Shown here: piece after piece, positions 39,567-49,555 of the stretch
Position numbering within the stretch: the stretch's first letter is position 1
Layout: each line of letters starts with the position of its first letter
NCBI GenBank assembly: GCA_038059415.1
Contig: JBBTJN010000011.1
Coordinates: forward strand, 7,150-71,149
Source of the DNA: Elusimicrobiota bacterium
GTDB taxonomy: Bacteria > Elusimicrobiota > Elusimicrobia > UBA1565 > UBA9628
Reading direction: 5' to 3'
DNA: 64,000 nt
Program-made: the position numbers and the translations under genes
Notes under the pieces: model-generated
What the model saw: only the letters and a program-made list of their open reading frames with translations
Database searches by the model: none
What the model was told of the DNA's origin: nothing

Positions 39567-40247
39567 ATGCGCAGACAGTTTGAAGAAGCCGAAGGCGAAC
39601 TGAAGAATAAAATATTGTCGATGGGAAGTCTGGCCGAAGAGATGATCCATTCGGCCATCCAGGGACTTGCCGAAAGGAAGCGGGAGCCTTTGCAGAAGGT
39701 GACCACAAACGAGGACGAGGTCAACCGGCTCCACATCGACATAGACAACCGCTGCGTCAACCTGATAGCGTTACACCAACCCGCCGCGACCGACCTGCGG
39801 TTCATAATCGCGGCGATCAAGATCAACTCCGACCTTGAACGCATCGGCGACCAAGCAGTCAACATCTCGCAGACAGCCGCCCTATTGCTAGATCACCCCC
39901 AGCTCGAGAAGAAGTTACTGAATATCCCGCGGATGACGGAATTGGCGCAAAGCATGTTCAAGGATAGCCTGGATTCATTCGTCAAGAAAGACGTCGCGCT
40001 CGCACGAACAGTCCTGGCTAGAGATGCCGAAGAAGACCAGTTAAAGAGCGAGGCGTTCAACGAACTGATGCAGCTGATGCAATCAGACGCATCCACGATT
40101 CAACGGGCTTTGGGACTCATTCTCATCGCCCGGAACTTGGAGCGGATCGCCGATCACGCCACCAACATTGCGGAGGACGTGATTTTCATGACCCTCGGCA
40201 AGGACATCCGCCATCACGCGGAAGGGGTCAAAGATGCCAACTCTTGA
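39567..40247 (+). CDS. phoU: Phosphate signalling regulator PhoU
   Basis: 226 aa in two PhoU repeats, each with an ...LERIGDQAVNI / LERIADHATNIAED motif. Follows pstB. Confidence 0.9.
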   Translation: MRRQFEEAEGELKNKILSMGSLAEEMIHSAIQGLAERKREPLQKVTTNEDEVNRLHIDIDNRCVNLIALHQPAATDLRFIIAAIKINSDLERIGDQAVNISQTAALLLDHPQLEKKLLNIPRMTELAQSMFKDSLDSFVKKDVALARTVLARDAEEDQLKSEAFNELMQLMQSDASTIQRALGLILIARNLERIADHATNIAEDVIFMTLGKDIRHHAEGVKDANS

Positions 40248-40274
40248 TAAGAAAAGGCGTTTCGTGAGAAGCCA

Positions 40275-40727
40275 CTAGGGAAATCTTATGGAAGACGGCT
40301 TAGCGATCACGGCGGCCGGGGCCGCCACCGTCGGAGGAGCGACAGGCTTTTCCCCTCTGAGGACGAAGGGCGTCTTGACCTCTTCCGGAAGCAACTCGAG
40401 CTTCTCGAACACTGCGTGCTCGCGGTTGGGCTGGCTGTCCAAAGAGGTCTGGTGTCCGGCCAAGGTCGTGGTCGGAACCATCTTGATGGTCTCCCACGGA
40501 CAGTCCTTGGCGCAGAGCTGGCAGCCGATGCAGATGTCGTAGTTCACGAACACGCCGGTGTTCGACGGGTCCGTGCCGAACTTCTCGATGCACTGAGGCA
40601 CGGGGCACACGGCGACGCAGACTTCGCAGCCGGTGCAGGCGGAGAGATTGATAAGAGCCTTGATCTTGGCTTTCGACGCGCCCTTGACGAGGGCAGCCCG
40701 GCGCGCATCATTCTGGAGGGAGGGCAT
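40275..40727 (-). CDS. 2x[4Fe-4S] ferredoxin with a ~70-aa C-terminal extension (full-length copy C)
   Basis: CTGCEVCVAVCP and CIGCQLCAKDCP are both CxxCxxCxxxCP motifs. The start shares one nt with the bcp stop (TAATG). Confidence 0.85.
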   Translation of the reverse strand: MPSLQNDARRAALVKGASKAKIKALINLSACTGCEVCVAVCPVPQCIEKFGTDPSNTGVFVNYDICIGCQLCAKDCPWETIKMVPTTTLAGHQTSLDSQPNREHAVFEKLELLPEEVKTPFVLRGEKPVAPPTVAAPAAVIAKPSSIRFP

Positions 40728-41194
40728 TAAACGGTCTCCAAAATAGCTTTGGCATGTCCGGCGACGGACACCTTCCTCGCGACATGAACGATTCTACCGG
40801 TTGGTCCGATCACGAAGGTCGAACGCACGATCCCCATGAACTTGCGCCCGTAAAGCGTTTTTTCCCGCCACACACCGTACGCGCGGCAAATCGCCCTGTC
40901 CTCATCAACGAGCAAAGGAAACGGGAGGCCGTGCTTGGCCTTAAAGCCGGCGTGCGACTTCGCCGCATCGGGGCTCACGCCGAAAATGCGCGCTCCCTTT
41001 TTGACAAACGCGTCGTAGCAGTCGCGAAAGTCACAGGCCTCGGTCGTGCAGCCCGAGGTGTTGTCCTTCGGATAAAAATAAAGGACCACGGTCTTGCCTT
41101 TGAGCGCATTCAGCGACCAAGTGCGCCCGGTCTCGTCGGCGGCGGAGAAATTCGGAGCCCTGTCACCAACGATCACAGGCTTTATCTTACTCAC
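40727..41194 (-). CDS. bcp: Peroxiredoxin, Bcp type
   Basis: VGDRAPNFSAADETGRTWSLNALKGKTVVLYFYPKDNTSGCTTEACDFRD contains the peroxidatic Cys motif. I chose the GTG at 41194 (155 aa), because the listed ORF has an Arg/Pro-rich upstream extension. Confidence 0.85.
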   Translation of the reverse strand: MSKIKPVIVGDRAPNFSAADETGRTWSLNALKGKTVVLYFYPKDNTSGCTTEACDFRDCYDAFVKKGARIFGVSPDAAKSHAGFKAKHGLPFPLLVDEDRAICRAYGVWREKTLYGRKFMGIVRSTFVIGPTGRIVHVARKVSVAGHAKAILETV

Positions 41195-41204
41195 GGGCAC
41201 CGCG

Positions 41205-42356
41205 TTATTGTAACAGGAATTGGCGGGAGCGGTCAAACGCCAGAGAGCTGCTCGCGGACACGACGGCCGCCGCCGAGGACGGCCGTCCCGTCGAGGACGC
41301 GGCGGCGCGCAAGTTCGACAGCGCCCCCGGGCCGCGCAACAGGGCGGCCGCTGTCCGCGCAGCGCGTTCCGGCGCTCCTGCTTCAATCGCGGCGCCGGCG
41401 GCTATTAGGCGCCTGGCGTTGACCTCCTCCTGGCCCGGTAAAGGATTGATTAATACCATGGGCAGTCCCGAAGCGAGGCTCTCGGCCGCGCTGAGCCCTC
41501 CAGGCTTGCCGATATGAATGTCGGCCGCCGCCATCATGGCCGCGACAAGTTCCGGCGGCTGCGGCCCAAACACGCGCAGACGCCCGCCCGCCTCGCGGCG
41601 AGAGCAGAGCGCGGCACGAAGCCGGTCGTTGGCGCCGCACAGGATCAGCAGGTGTGCGCGCGGGCTTACGGCCAGGAGGGCGGCGGCCGCGCGATCGATG
41701 CCGCCAAGTCCCTTTCCCCCACCCGACAGAAGAGCGACCGGCGCGGCGGACGGCAGGGCGAGCGCTCGGCGGGCCTCCTCCCGGGAAGGTCGCGATTGGA
41801 ACGCAGGGTGAATTGGAATCCCGGTCGACTGAAGGCGCTCGCGCGGGACGCCGAGAGCGGCCAAAGCGTCCACGGCCGTATCGTCCGGAGCCAAAATGAG
41901 ATCCGCCGGCGGATCGGCCCAGAACGGGTGCACGCCGTAGTCGGTCAGGACTGAAACAACCGGGATGTCGAGCTCGCCTCGTCGTCGAGCCTCCGAGAGA
42001 ACAGCCGCAACCGTAGCCTGAGGGCAGACCACGACCTGGGCTCCCGAGCGGCGCATGCCCTCGCGCAGGCGCCGGGTGCCGCCAAGGTCAAGGTAAACGG
42101 CGCGCACCGCGCGCAGGACGCAGCGCGCCCAGGCGCCCCGGTACAACGCTCCATAGAAACCGGGCGCGGCACGCAAAAGCCCATGATAGCCCCGCGCCGC
42201 CGCTAGGCCGGCGGCCGGATGATAATCCGCGGCGATTTCCACCCGGGAAAAAAAGAGGCCGGCCTTTCGGCCGGCCTCCTCGATGGCGAACGCCGCCGCG
42301 GAGTGCCCGCTCGGCGCGTAACCGTAGACGAGCAGCGCCCGCGAGACTTCGCCCAA
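41205..42356 (-). CDS. GT28 glycosyltransferase, MGDG-synthase/UgtP-like
   Basis: LLVYGYAPSGHSAAAFAIEEA, LLSGGGKGLGGI and GKPGGLSAAESLASGLPMVLINPLPGQEEVNA are typical of diacylglycerol glycosyltransferases. The start is uncertain. I chose the TTG at 42356, just after the cytochrome c stop. Confidence 0.7.
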   Translation of the reverse strand: MGEVSRALLVYGYAPSGHSAAAFAIEEAGRKAGLFFSRVEIAADYHPAAGLAAARGYHGLLRAAPGFYGALYRGAWARCVLRAVRAVYLDLGGTRRLREGMRRSGAQVVVCPQATVAAVLSEARRRGELDIPVVSVLTDYGVHPFWADPPADLILAPDDTAVDALAALGVPRERLQSTGIPIHPAFQSRPSREEARRALALPSAAPVALLSGGGKGLGGIDRAAAALLAVSPRAHLLILCGANDRLRAALCSRREAGGRLRVFGPQPPELVAAMMAAADIHIGKPGGLSAAESLASGLPMVLINPLPGQEEVNARRLIAAGAAIEAGAPERAARTAAALLRGPGALSNLRAAASSTGRPSSAAAVVSASSSLAFDRSRQFLLQ

Positions 42357-42360
42357 TTGC

Positions 42361-42957
42361 TTAAAGGTCCTTCGCTTCCTGAAGCTCGGCGAAGCGCTTC
42401 GGGTCCTTTGTCTTGAGCTGCTCAACAAGACCTTTGCGATGCACGGCCCAGGCTGCCGCGTTGGCGCCGGTTTTGCGTTTGACCGAGTCGTACGAGAGGA
42501 ATTCGTAGATGGCCTTGCCGTCGGCCTTCTGCAGATTGCAGCCGGGCTTGTTCATCATCCGTTTGACATAGCGGCTCCAGACCTTGGTTTCGATCTGCCA
42601 GACGGACCCGTCCTTGAACAGCTCAGGCTGGTCTATCTTAAGTTTGGCGACCCAAGCGTTCTGCTTCGCTTCGTCCAACCCGCCTTCGGGTTCGACGAAG
42701 CGGCTGTTGAGAGGGCGAGCGGCCGAATGGCACTGCGCGCAGCCGCCCTTGGCGCCGATAAGCTTCGCGTAGCCCGTCTGAACGTTGGCCGGGTAGGTCT
42801 TGAGGAGGTCCGCGGGAAGCGTGTCCGGCCCGAAGTCGTTCGGGTACGGGTTCGTCATCGCTTTTTCCTTCTCGCTCATCTCGACCGCACGCACGGGCGA
42901 CGCATAGGCGCCACCCATCAAGGTTGCCGCGAGTATCAAAGTCAGTTTGCGATTCAT
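42361..42957 (-). CDS. Monohaem c-type cytochrome (exported)
   Basis: Signal peptide MNRKLTLILAATLMGGAYASPVRA and a single CAQCH motif. Follows the pentahaem gene. Confidence 0.75.
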   Translation of the reverse strand: MNRKLTLILAATLMGGAYASPVRAVEMSEKEKAMTNPYPNDFGPDTLPADLLKTYPANVQTGYAKLIGAKGGCAQCHSAARPLNSRFVEPEGGLDEAKQNAWVAKLKIDQPELFKDGSVWQIETKVWSRYVKRMMNKPGCNLQKADGKAIYEFLSYDSVKRKTGANAAAWAVHRKGLVEQLKTKDPKRFAELQEAKDL

Positions 42958-42975
42958 GTCATTGCCTCCTGGTAA

Positions 42976-44361
42976 TTAAAAGCCGCTGTCGTCCTTTTTC
43001 GCGATGCTGAGCAGCCAGGTCGCGAGGTCGTCGAGCTCCTGCTTCGAGATCTTCCCCCGCCACGCCGGCATATACACCATCGGCATGGGGCCTTTCAAGC
43101 TCCACCTCGTCGCGTCCGACGCCGGCACGCCCGCTTCAATCTTCTTGACTAGCTCCTCGTGCGTGTAGGTGCCCATCAAGTCGGGCAAGGTCGGCTCGGC
43201 GCCGATGTTCATCTGCTCGTACCGCTCGGTCTCGGACATCTTCTCGTCGTACGGCTTTTGAGCGTTGCTGGATCCGTTGAAACGACGGCGGCCCTGCTTC
43301 GCATCAAGGCCGTGGCAGCCCTGGCAGCCGTACTTCGCGTAGACGAACTTGCCGTGCGCGACAGCGCTGAGCGCAGGCTCCTTAACGGGCGCAGCCGCTA
43401 CATGATAGCGGTACGGGATGACCTCTTCCTTGGTCATGCCCGATAGGTAGGCCACGATCGCATCGGCCTCGGCGCGACTGATTTCCTTCGTAAAGTCGGG
43501 CATGCCCGACGGAGAGATCGGCTCCGAGTTAAGATGGGCGAACGGGTCGTTAGGCGTGACTTCCACCGGATCATTGACGAGATGGGCGAGAATCCAGTTC
43601 TGGATATTCCAATGGCTATCATGGTGCTCGTTGGCAAGCTCCTTGCCGTCGATGCGCACGCGCATGAAGTTGTAGCCGGAGATGCGCTCGAAGGGCTTGT
43701 CGGCGATGTCTCCGAGGTCCACCGAGGTAACGCCGCCCCGGCCGTTGATAGCATGGCAGCCCTGGCAGCCGTGCCGATTAAACAGCTTCTTGCCTGCGGC
43801 CGCCACTTCCGCGCCTTTGAGGGTCTCAAAGTTGTCATGGCACTTCACGCAGGAGCCCTGAATCGTGACGCCCTTGAGCATGGGCTTTTCCCAGTGCTTG
43901 ACCCAACCGTGCGCGGGCTCCACCTGCGTGGCGAGCCCCTGGCCGGAGTGGCACGAGGTGCAGCCGAATTTCGAGAACGGATGAGCCTTGATGAGCGCCG
44001 TGTCCACCTTCGGATGCGCCTTGTACGGGTTCTCCGTGAAGTCGTTCTTGAGCGTGGTGTTCGTGTACTCGTCCATGCCCACGTGGCAGGTCACGCAGCG
44101 GTCAAAGCGGCCGAGATCGACGGCGATGATTTGCTTGATCTCCATCGGAGAATGGCGCATTTTCCGGGCTTCGGCCATGAGATTCGAGGCTTTTGTAGGA
44201 TCCTTCTCGACCGCGGCCTGCTTCTCCATGACGTCAGCCGCCATCTGGTAGTACTTCGCCTGATACGGCCGCCACGGAGCGTAAAAGTCCTTGGCGAAGG
44301 CCCAAACGAAGGCCGCCAGCATCAGCGCATTGGAGACGATAAAGGCTTTCCGGTAGCTCAT
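42976..44361 (-). CDS. Membrane-anchored pentahaem c-type cytochrome
   Basis: N-terminal TM helix and five CxxCH motifs (CVTCH, CTSCH, CVKCH, CQGCH, CQGCH). Starts 2 nt after the cytochrome b stop. Confidence 0.8.
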   Translation of the reverse strand: MSYRKAFIVSNALMLAAFVWAFAKDFYAPWRPYQAKYYQMAADVMEKQAAVEKDPTKASNLMAEARKMRHSPMEIKQIIAVDLGRFDRCVTCHVGMDEYTNTTLKNDFTENPYKAHPKVDTALIKAHPFSKFGCTSCHSGQGLATQVEPAHGWVKHWEKPMLKGVTIQGSCVKCHDNFETLKGAEVAAAGKKLFNRHGCQGCHAINGRGGVTSVDLGDIADKPFERISGYNFMRVRIDGKELANEHHDSHWNIQNWILAHLVNDPVEVTPNDPFAHLNSEPISPSGMPDFTKEISRAEADAIVAYLSGMTKEEVIPYRYHVAAAPVKEPALSAVAHGKFVYAKYGCQGCHGLDAKQGRRRFNGSSNAQKPYDEKMSETERYEQMNIGAEPTLPDLMGTYTHEELVKKIEAGVPASDATRWSLKGPMPMVYMPAWRGKISKQELDDLATWLLSIAKKDDSGF

Positions 44362-44362
44362 G

Positions 44363-46018
44363 TCAGAAGTTCATGCTGATCGAGGGTATCGTCAGCACGT
44401 ATTTGATGTTGAACGCGAGACGAGCGCACATCTTCAGGAGGACGCTCATCGTGCTGATGACTAGGATCATTGTGACGAGATACCGAGGCCAGTCGAGCGC
44501 CCGTATGTGGCGCTGCGGCAGGACGAAGCCGAAGTAGAAAGACGCTCCGAGGAAGAACAGCAGAAATCCCCCTTCGGCCGCGCCCATCTTGCCCATCGCC
44601 AAGCCGGCCGCGGCGAAGACGGCGACGAGGCCAAGGAAGGCGCCCATCGTCTTCTTGCCGTCGAGCTCCTTTTGGATGAGCTTGGGCAGGAGCATCCAGG
44701 CAGCGGACACCGCACCCATCAGCGGGATGCCAATCAGCATGCTGTAAGAGCCGGCGCCCTTCGGTCCGAAGACGCTCCAGGTGGGCGCCGGCGCGGCCTT
44801 CAGCATGTACCAGGACTCCCACGGCCAGTACCAGGCGTAGTTCGGCCCGCGCAAGGAGTTCCCGATGTAGATCAGCACGAACCACATCACGACGCCAAGC
44901 ATGAACAAGGTGTTCGCGAACGGACGCTCTTTCCAGGCGTAGTAGCCGACGCCCTTCGGGTTCGTGTCGATGTATGGGATCGCGACCAGGCCGACGATGA
45001 TCAGGCCGGGCATGACGACGCCGGCGATCCACGGATCGAAGTACACGAGAAGCTCCTGCAGACCGACGAAGTACCACGGCGCCTTGGACGGGTTCGTGGT
45101 CACGTTGGGGTTGGCGATCGCCTCGAGCGGCGCGTTCTGAAGAATGGACCAGATCATGATAAATAAGGTGGTGCCGGCCGCGGCGATGTACTCGCGCTTG
45201 ACGAGATGCGGCCACACGTCTACCTTCTCCTCGGTCGCGGTGTAGGGCGCGGCCGAGAAGCTGTCCTTGCGGATGCGCCAGAAGTGGAGGATCAGCAGGA
45301 TGCCGACGAGGAGCGGAACTGCGACGCAATGCATGACGTAGAAGCGCAGGAGCGTGTTCTCGCCGACCATCGTGCCGCCGAGCAAGGTGAAGCGCACGTC
45401 GTTGTTGATGCGCATGCCGACAAGCGCGCCGAGGGGGCCCTCATTGCCGAGCACGGGGGTCGCACCCGCCATGTTCGTGCCTACGGTGACGGCCCATATC
45501 GCGAGTTGGTCCCACGGCAGCAGGTACCCGGTGAACGAAAGGAACAAGGTCAAAGTCAACAGCAAGACGCCGATGCCCCAGTTGAACTCCCGCGGCTTCT
45601 TGTACGCGCCGGTCAGAAACACGCGCACCATGTGCGCGATGACGGCGATGATCATCGCCTGCGCGGCCCATCGATGGGCGTTGCGAAGGAACATGCCAAG
45701 AGTAACCGCGAACTCCAGGTCCTTGATGTCGCGGTAGGCGAGGCCGATCGTCGGGCGGTAGTAGAACATCAGCGCCACGCCGGTGAGCGTCAGCAGCAGG
45801 TAGAGCGCAAACGAGATGCCGCCCATGCCCCAAGTGTAGGTCCACTTCAGCGCGCGCGGCCGCAGCTTCACGGGGTGGAGGTGCAGCCAGACGTTTCCGA
45901 TGATGTGGCCGGCGCGGTCACGCGGGGTGTCCTTCCAAACGCCTCCTCGGAAAACGGACCGCCACAGCTGGGAGTCTATGATCTCCTTCTTGATCTTCTC
46001 GAGGTCTAGAGTGGGCAT
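44363..46018 (-). CDS. Cytochrome b (fused b6 plus subunit IV type, with C-terminal extension)
   Basis: I chose the ATG at 46018 ([11 protein letters not shown]...). Contains WLHLHP..., [15 protein letters not shown] and [12 protein letters not shown] (PEWY-region equivalent). The listed 659-aa ORF carries a spurious Arg-rich extension that overlaps the Rieske gene. Confidence 0.9.
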   Translation of the reverse strand: MPTLDLEKIKKEIIDSQLWRSVFRGGVWKDTPRDRAGHIIGNVWLHLHPVKLRPRALKWTYTWGMGGISFALYLLLTLTGVALMFYYRPTIGLAYRDIKDLEFAVTLGMFLRNAHRWAAQAMIIAVIAHMVRVFLTGAYKKPREFNWGIGVLLLTLTLFLSFTGYLLPWDQLAIWAVTVGTNMAGATPVLGNEGPLGALVGMRINNDVRFTLLGGTMVGENTLLRFYVMHCVAVPLLVGILLILHFWRIRKDSFSAAPYTATEEKVDVWPHLVKREYIAAAGTTLFIMIWSILQNAPLEAIANPNVTTNPSKAPWYFVGLQELLVYFDPWIAGVVMPGLIIVGLVAIPYIDTNPKGVGYYAWKERPFANTLFMLGVVMWFVLIYIGNSLRGPNYAWYWPWESWYMLKAAPAPTWSVFGPKGAGSYSMLIGIPLMGAVSAAWMLLPKLIQKELDGKKTMGAFLGLVAVFAAAGLAMGKMGAAEGGFLLFFLGASFYFGFVLPQRHIRALDWPRYLVTMILVISTMSVLLKMCARLAFNIKYVLTIPSISMNF

Positions 46019-46038
46019 TATTTTGATGGTCCTTAGGC

Positions 46039-46587
46039 CTAAACGTAGCTCACGAAGTAAGGCGCGTTCTCGCGCTTGCCGGGTTTGTTCTCGAGGACGG
46101 CCTTGTCGACGATCAGGTCGCCGGTCGGGGCCAAGTCCACCTTCGTGCGCCACAGCGGCATGGGCGCCGGGCCGGCGATCACGTCGCCGTCGAGCGTGTA
46201 GTTGGATCCGTGGCACGGACACTGGAAGCGGTTCTGGTCTCCCCACCAGTTCGGCGTGCAGCCGAGGTGGGTGCAGCGCGCCCACATCGCGTAAAAGCCC
46301 GACGGCGTGCGCACGATCCAGACGCGCTGCTCGTTGAGCCATTTCGTGGAGACGCCGAGATCGTAGCCGACGGCGGGTCCGGCATTGAACTTCTGAGACG
46401 GCTCGTAGATCACGTTCGGGAACATGAAGCGCGCGCCCGCGGCCGCGGAGGCGGCGAAAAAGGCGGCGAGCATGCCCCAGCCGGCCCAGAGGAAATCCCC
46501 CCTCGAGAGGTCGGCAGGTTTGACGAGCGGCTTCGGCGCGGCGGCTGGGCCGGAGACTGAAGACGGATTCGAATTGGATTCGCTCAT
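46039..46587 (-). CDS. Rieske [2Fe-2S] subunit
   Basis: CTHLGCTP...CPCHGSNY Rieske motifs and an N-terminal TM/Tat-like region. Confidence 0.9.
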   Translation of the reverse strand: MSESNSNPSSVSGPAAAPKPLVKPADLSRGDFLWAGWGMLAAFFAASAAAGARFMFPNVIYEPSQKFNAGPAVGYDLGVSTKWLNEQRVWIVRTPSGFYAMWARCTHLGCTPNWWGDQNRFQCPCHGSNYTLDGDVIAGPAPMPLWRTKVDLAPTGDLIVDKAVLENKPGKRENAPYFVSYV

Positions 46588-46640
46588 TTTACCGTTCTTG
46601 CCTTTTCAAATTTTTTTAAAAAAATAACGCGAAGTCTCTC

Positions 46641-46670
46641 AAAATATCAATTAGCGTTCGGACCTGTCAA
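46641..46670 (-). promoter_or_regulatory. Candidate promoter of the Rieske/cytochrome b operon
   Basis: The minus strand has TTGACA (complement of 46665-46670), an 18-nt spacer, then TATTTT (complement of 46641-46646). It sits in a strongly AT-rich spacer (TTATTTTTTTAAAAAAATTTG). Confidence 0.35.
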
Positions 46671-46704
46671 ACACGCGAGGCGGGCAAGCAAATCTTCACT
46701 CATG

Positions 46705-47607
46705 CTATTTCCCCTGCTCTCCCGCCGCGGAGGCGGCCCGATCGAGGATCCAAGCGTCGAAGCCCGTGTGCGGCATCAAAGTTTTCCCATCCCAGGCGTA
46801 GTCAAGCCCGGCAAGGTCCTTGACGATCTTCTCTTCGATGCCGCCGCGGGCGATGAGCACCGGGAGCACGATGGCGCGGCCTTCCCGCGACTTCGCGCGC
46901 GCGACCGTCGAACGCAGGGCCGCCACCGCCGCGGCTCGGATCTCGGGCGCCGCGTCGTCGCGAAGAAGGCAGAAGCCGCAGTCCCGAAATCCCTTGAGGG
47001 CCTGGCACAGCGACATCATCGAGTCTCTCCAGGCCGGCACGGCCGCGTCGTCGACGGGGCCGTGCGCGACGAGGACGACGCTCTCCTTCGACGCGTCCTG
47101 ACTCAGCGCCTTGGCCCTCTTGTTGAGGATGCGTGCGACGAGTTCGTGGTCATCAAGCGCGCGCGACATCGCAATCGGCGCGCGCGCTTTGACGCGCTCG
47201 AGAGAGAACGACATCGCATGGACGTGGCCTGAGTGGCCGGCATGGGTCCGGGGCATGAGCGCGAGCCCGGCCCGAAAGGCCTCGGAAGGCTTCTGCGCGA
47301 GACCGAGCGCGTAGCGCGTCTGATCGAGCACCTCGGAGCGGCTCTGCACGAACAGGGGCACGGCGATGATGCGCGCCACGCCGCGTTTCTCGAGAATGTC
47401 CACGGCGGCCTGGAGGCTCTTGGTGTCGGCCATGCCGAGCGCGGTCTCGGTCGGGACCTGCTTGTCAACGCGCGCACGCAAGATCTCGATCTCGCGGTTC
47501 CACGAGGCGTCTCCGCCGTGCGCGAGCAGGAGGATGCCGTAGGGCGCCGTCGCCGCGCGCAGCGGAGCGCAGAGGAGGAGCAGCGCCAACGACGTCGCGA
47601 TTGTCAT
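46705..47607 (-). CDS. CbiX/SirB-type chelatase (two-domain) with a signal-like N-terminus
   Basis: LLLAHGGDASWN...IIAVPLFV and VVLVAHGPVDD...VLPVLIARG form duplicated CbiX-like halves. The N-terminus is MTIATSLALLLLCAPLRAATAP. The start overlaps the hemA stop (ATGA). Confidence 0.65.
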   Translation of the reverse strand: MTIATSLALLLLCAPLRAATAPYGILLLAHGGDASWNREIEILRARVDKQVPTETALGMADTKSLQAAVDILEKRGVARIIAVPLFVQSRSEVLDQTRYALGLAQKPSEAFRAGLALMPRTHAGHSGHVHAMSFSLERVKARAPIAMSRALDDHELVARILNKRAKALSQDASKESVVLVAHGPVDDAAVPAWRDSMMSLCQALKGFRDCGFCLLRDDAAPEIRAAAVAALRSTVARAKSREGRAIVLPVLIARGGIEEKIVKDLAGLDYAWDGKTLMPHTGFDAWILDRAASAAGEQGK

Positions 47608-48653
47608 TGCGGGTTCTCCGAATGTTTAAAGCTGCGTTCGCGTCCCGTCGACAGTGATTTCGCCCACGCGACGAACTCGGACGTCTTCGCGTCGACGATG
47701 CGGCGCGCCGCGGCGACGGCTTGCGCGCGCGAGGCCATGTTCTTGGCGACGATCGCCTCGAGGTCTTCAAGGCGATAAAGGTATACGCCGTCGATCTTAT
47801 GGACGGACTCTTCGATGTCGCGCGGCATGGCAATGTCGATGAGAAACAGCGAGCGCCCGCCGCGGCGGCGGACGGCGGCATGGACAATGCTGTGAGTAAG
47901 CACCACATTGGGCGCTCCGGTCGAGGAAATGACGACGTCGGCGCGCTCAAGCTCGGCCGGGAAAGCTTCCCATTTGACGGCTTCGCCCTGATAGCGCGCG
48001 GCCAACTGGTAGGCGCGCTCCCAGGTGCGATTGGCGACGGCAAGCTTGCTCACGCCGCGCTCGGCGAGGTGCTTGGCGGCGAGCTCGGCCATCGCGCCCG
48101 CGCCGAAGATCAGCACGGACTTGCCCTCGAGGCGGCCGAAGATCGTTTCCGCGAGTTGAACGGCGACGGACGGCACCGACAGCGAGCCGGCGGCGAGGGC
48201 GGTCTCCGTGCGGACCTTTTTCCCGACGAACAGCGCGCGCTGGAAGAGGACGTTGAGGCGCTTATCGGTCATGCCCGCGATCTTGGCCTTTTCATAGCCG
48301 GACTTCACCTGGCCAAGGATCTCGACCTCGCCGACGACGAGCGAGTCGAGGCCGGAGGCGACGGAGAAAAGATGGTCGACGGCGGCGCCATCATCGCGGA
48401 CCTCGGCCTTCTCCCCGAGCGGAATGCCGGCCAGTTCCTCGAGCGCGTCAATTAAGGCAGCCGCGCGGGGAGCTTGGTCCGGCGAGCCGGCGGCATACAG
48501 CTCAAAGCGGTTGCACGTAGACAGCACCGCGGCCTCCGTGAAGCCGCGCGCCTTCAGCTCGAGCAGCACGCGCTCGACGGGCACGCTCGACAGCGCCTCA
48601 CGCGCCGCGCAGGCGTGGTCGCGGTGGCTCCAGCTCAGGCAGACGAGCTTCAC
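47604..48653 (-). CDS. hemA: Glutamyl-tRNA reductase
   Basis: VLSTCNRFELY contains the catalytic Cys. LIFGAGAMAELAAKHL is the NADPH fold. FLIDIAMPRDIE is also present. I chose the GTG at 48653, which overlaps the upstream stop (GTGA). The product is rather short at 349 aa, so the start is uncertain. Confidence 0.8.
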   Translation of the reverse strand: MKLVCLSWSHRDHACAAREALSSVPVERVLLELKARGFTEAAVLSTCNRFELYAAGSPDQAPRAAALIDALEELAGIPLGEKAEVRDDGAAVDHLFSVASGLDSLVVGEVEILGQVKSGYEKAKIAGMTDKRLNVLFQRALFVGKKVRTETALAAGSLSVPSVAVQLAETIFGRLEGKSVLIFGAGAMAELAAKHLAERGVSKLAVANRTWERAYQLAARYQGEAVKWEAFPAELERADVVISSTGAPNVVLTHSIVHAAVRRRGGRSLFLIDIAMPRDIEESVHKIDGVYLYRLEDLEAIVAKNMASRAQAVAAARRIVDAKTSEFVAWAKSLSTGRERSFKHSENPQ

Positions 48654-49498
48654 TTCCCCCCCAGGAAGCCGTGGTGGCCGGAGCACAGCTCGGCGCCGAA
48701 AAAGGTCAGGAGCATGCACGCGAAGCCGGCCATGGAGACGTAGACGGGAATACGGCCGCGCTTGCCGCAGACATAGCGCAGCCACAGAAACTCGGCGTAG
48801 AACGCGGCCGTGATCAGCGACATGGTCTCCTTCGGGTCCCAAGACCAGGCGCGGCCCGAGGCCTGGTACGCCCAAACCGAGCCCATCACAAGCCCCACGA
48901 CGAGAATGGGAAGCGTGACGGCGATGATGCTACCGTTGAGCGCGTCGAGCTCGTCAAGCGAGGGCAGGCGGTAGCACAGCTCGCTCGGCTTTCGCGACTT
49001 GATCTGCCGCTCCTGGATCAGCAGCGCCAGGGCCACGCCGAATGCGTTGGTGAACGCCGCATACGAGGTCATCAGGACCATGGGATGAATGTTAAGCCAG
49101 TAACTGCGCAGCCTGGGGCCAAGCGGCGCAAGCGCCGGATCGGCCAAGAGCACCGCAAGACCAAGGCTCAGCGCGACCATCGGCAGCACGAACGCCCCGA
49201 GAATGCCCAGGCGCCTGCGCACCTCAATCGTGTAGAACGCCGCGGCCAGGGCAAAGGACATGTAGGAGAGCGCGCCGAAGAAGTTGTTCACCGGCAGGAA
49301 CCAACGATTCTCCGGGTAGGCCCAAAACGCGGCGAGGCGGATGCCGAAGGTCGGCAGGTGCGCGGCGAGACCGCAGCCGATGAGCGTCAACATGAAGCGG
49401 CTGGCGCGCGCGTTTTTGGTCAGCAGATAGAAGAAAGCCGCGGCGCACGCCGCGATATAAAGGAGGAACGCGCACCACGACAGAATAGACTCGACCAT
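48650..49498 (-). CDS. Cytochrome c assembly protein family (CcsA/HemX-like)
   Basis: 8-TM ORF with the Trp-rich motif WAYQASGRAWSWDPKE. Its position upstream of hemA matches that of Bacillus hemX. Confidence 0.8.
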   Translation of the reverse strand: MVESILSWCAFLLYIAACAAAFFYLLTKNARASRFMLTLIGCGLAAHLPTFGIRLAAFWAYPENRWFLPVNNFFGALSYMSFALAAAFYTIEVRRRLGILGAFVLPMVALSLGLAVLLADPALAPLGPRLRSYWLNIHPMVLMTSYAAFTNAFGVALALLIQERQIKSRKPSELCYRLPSLDELDALNGSIIAVTLPILVVGLVMGSVWAYQASGRAWSWDPKETMSLITAAFYAEFLWLRYVCGKRGRIPVYVSMAGFACMLLTFFGAELCSGHHGFLGGK

Positions 49499-49555
49499 AG
49501 CCCCTTATTTTAGCACGAGGTCGGGCACGATCGTCTGGAAGAACTCGCGCGAACC

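Noticed and set aside
44363-46342. 5' extensions of listed ORFs beyond the starts I chose. Examples are cytochrome b to 46342, YyaL to 16986, hemA to 48875, the Ldt paralogue to 21378, the methyltransferase to 28474, ctaB from 11185, the regulator from 32453, pstA from 37058, pstB from 37576, and the FabG, FabZ and KAS genes from 55132, 55401 and 55868.
   Set aside because: The extensions are non-homologous, Arg/Pro-rich and overlap the upstream gene. In each case an in-frame ATG or GTG sits exactly at a 4-nt stop/start overlap or just after the upstream stop, where the recognisable protein begins.
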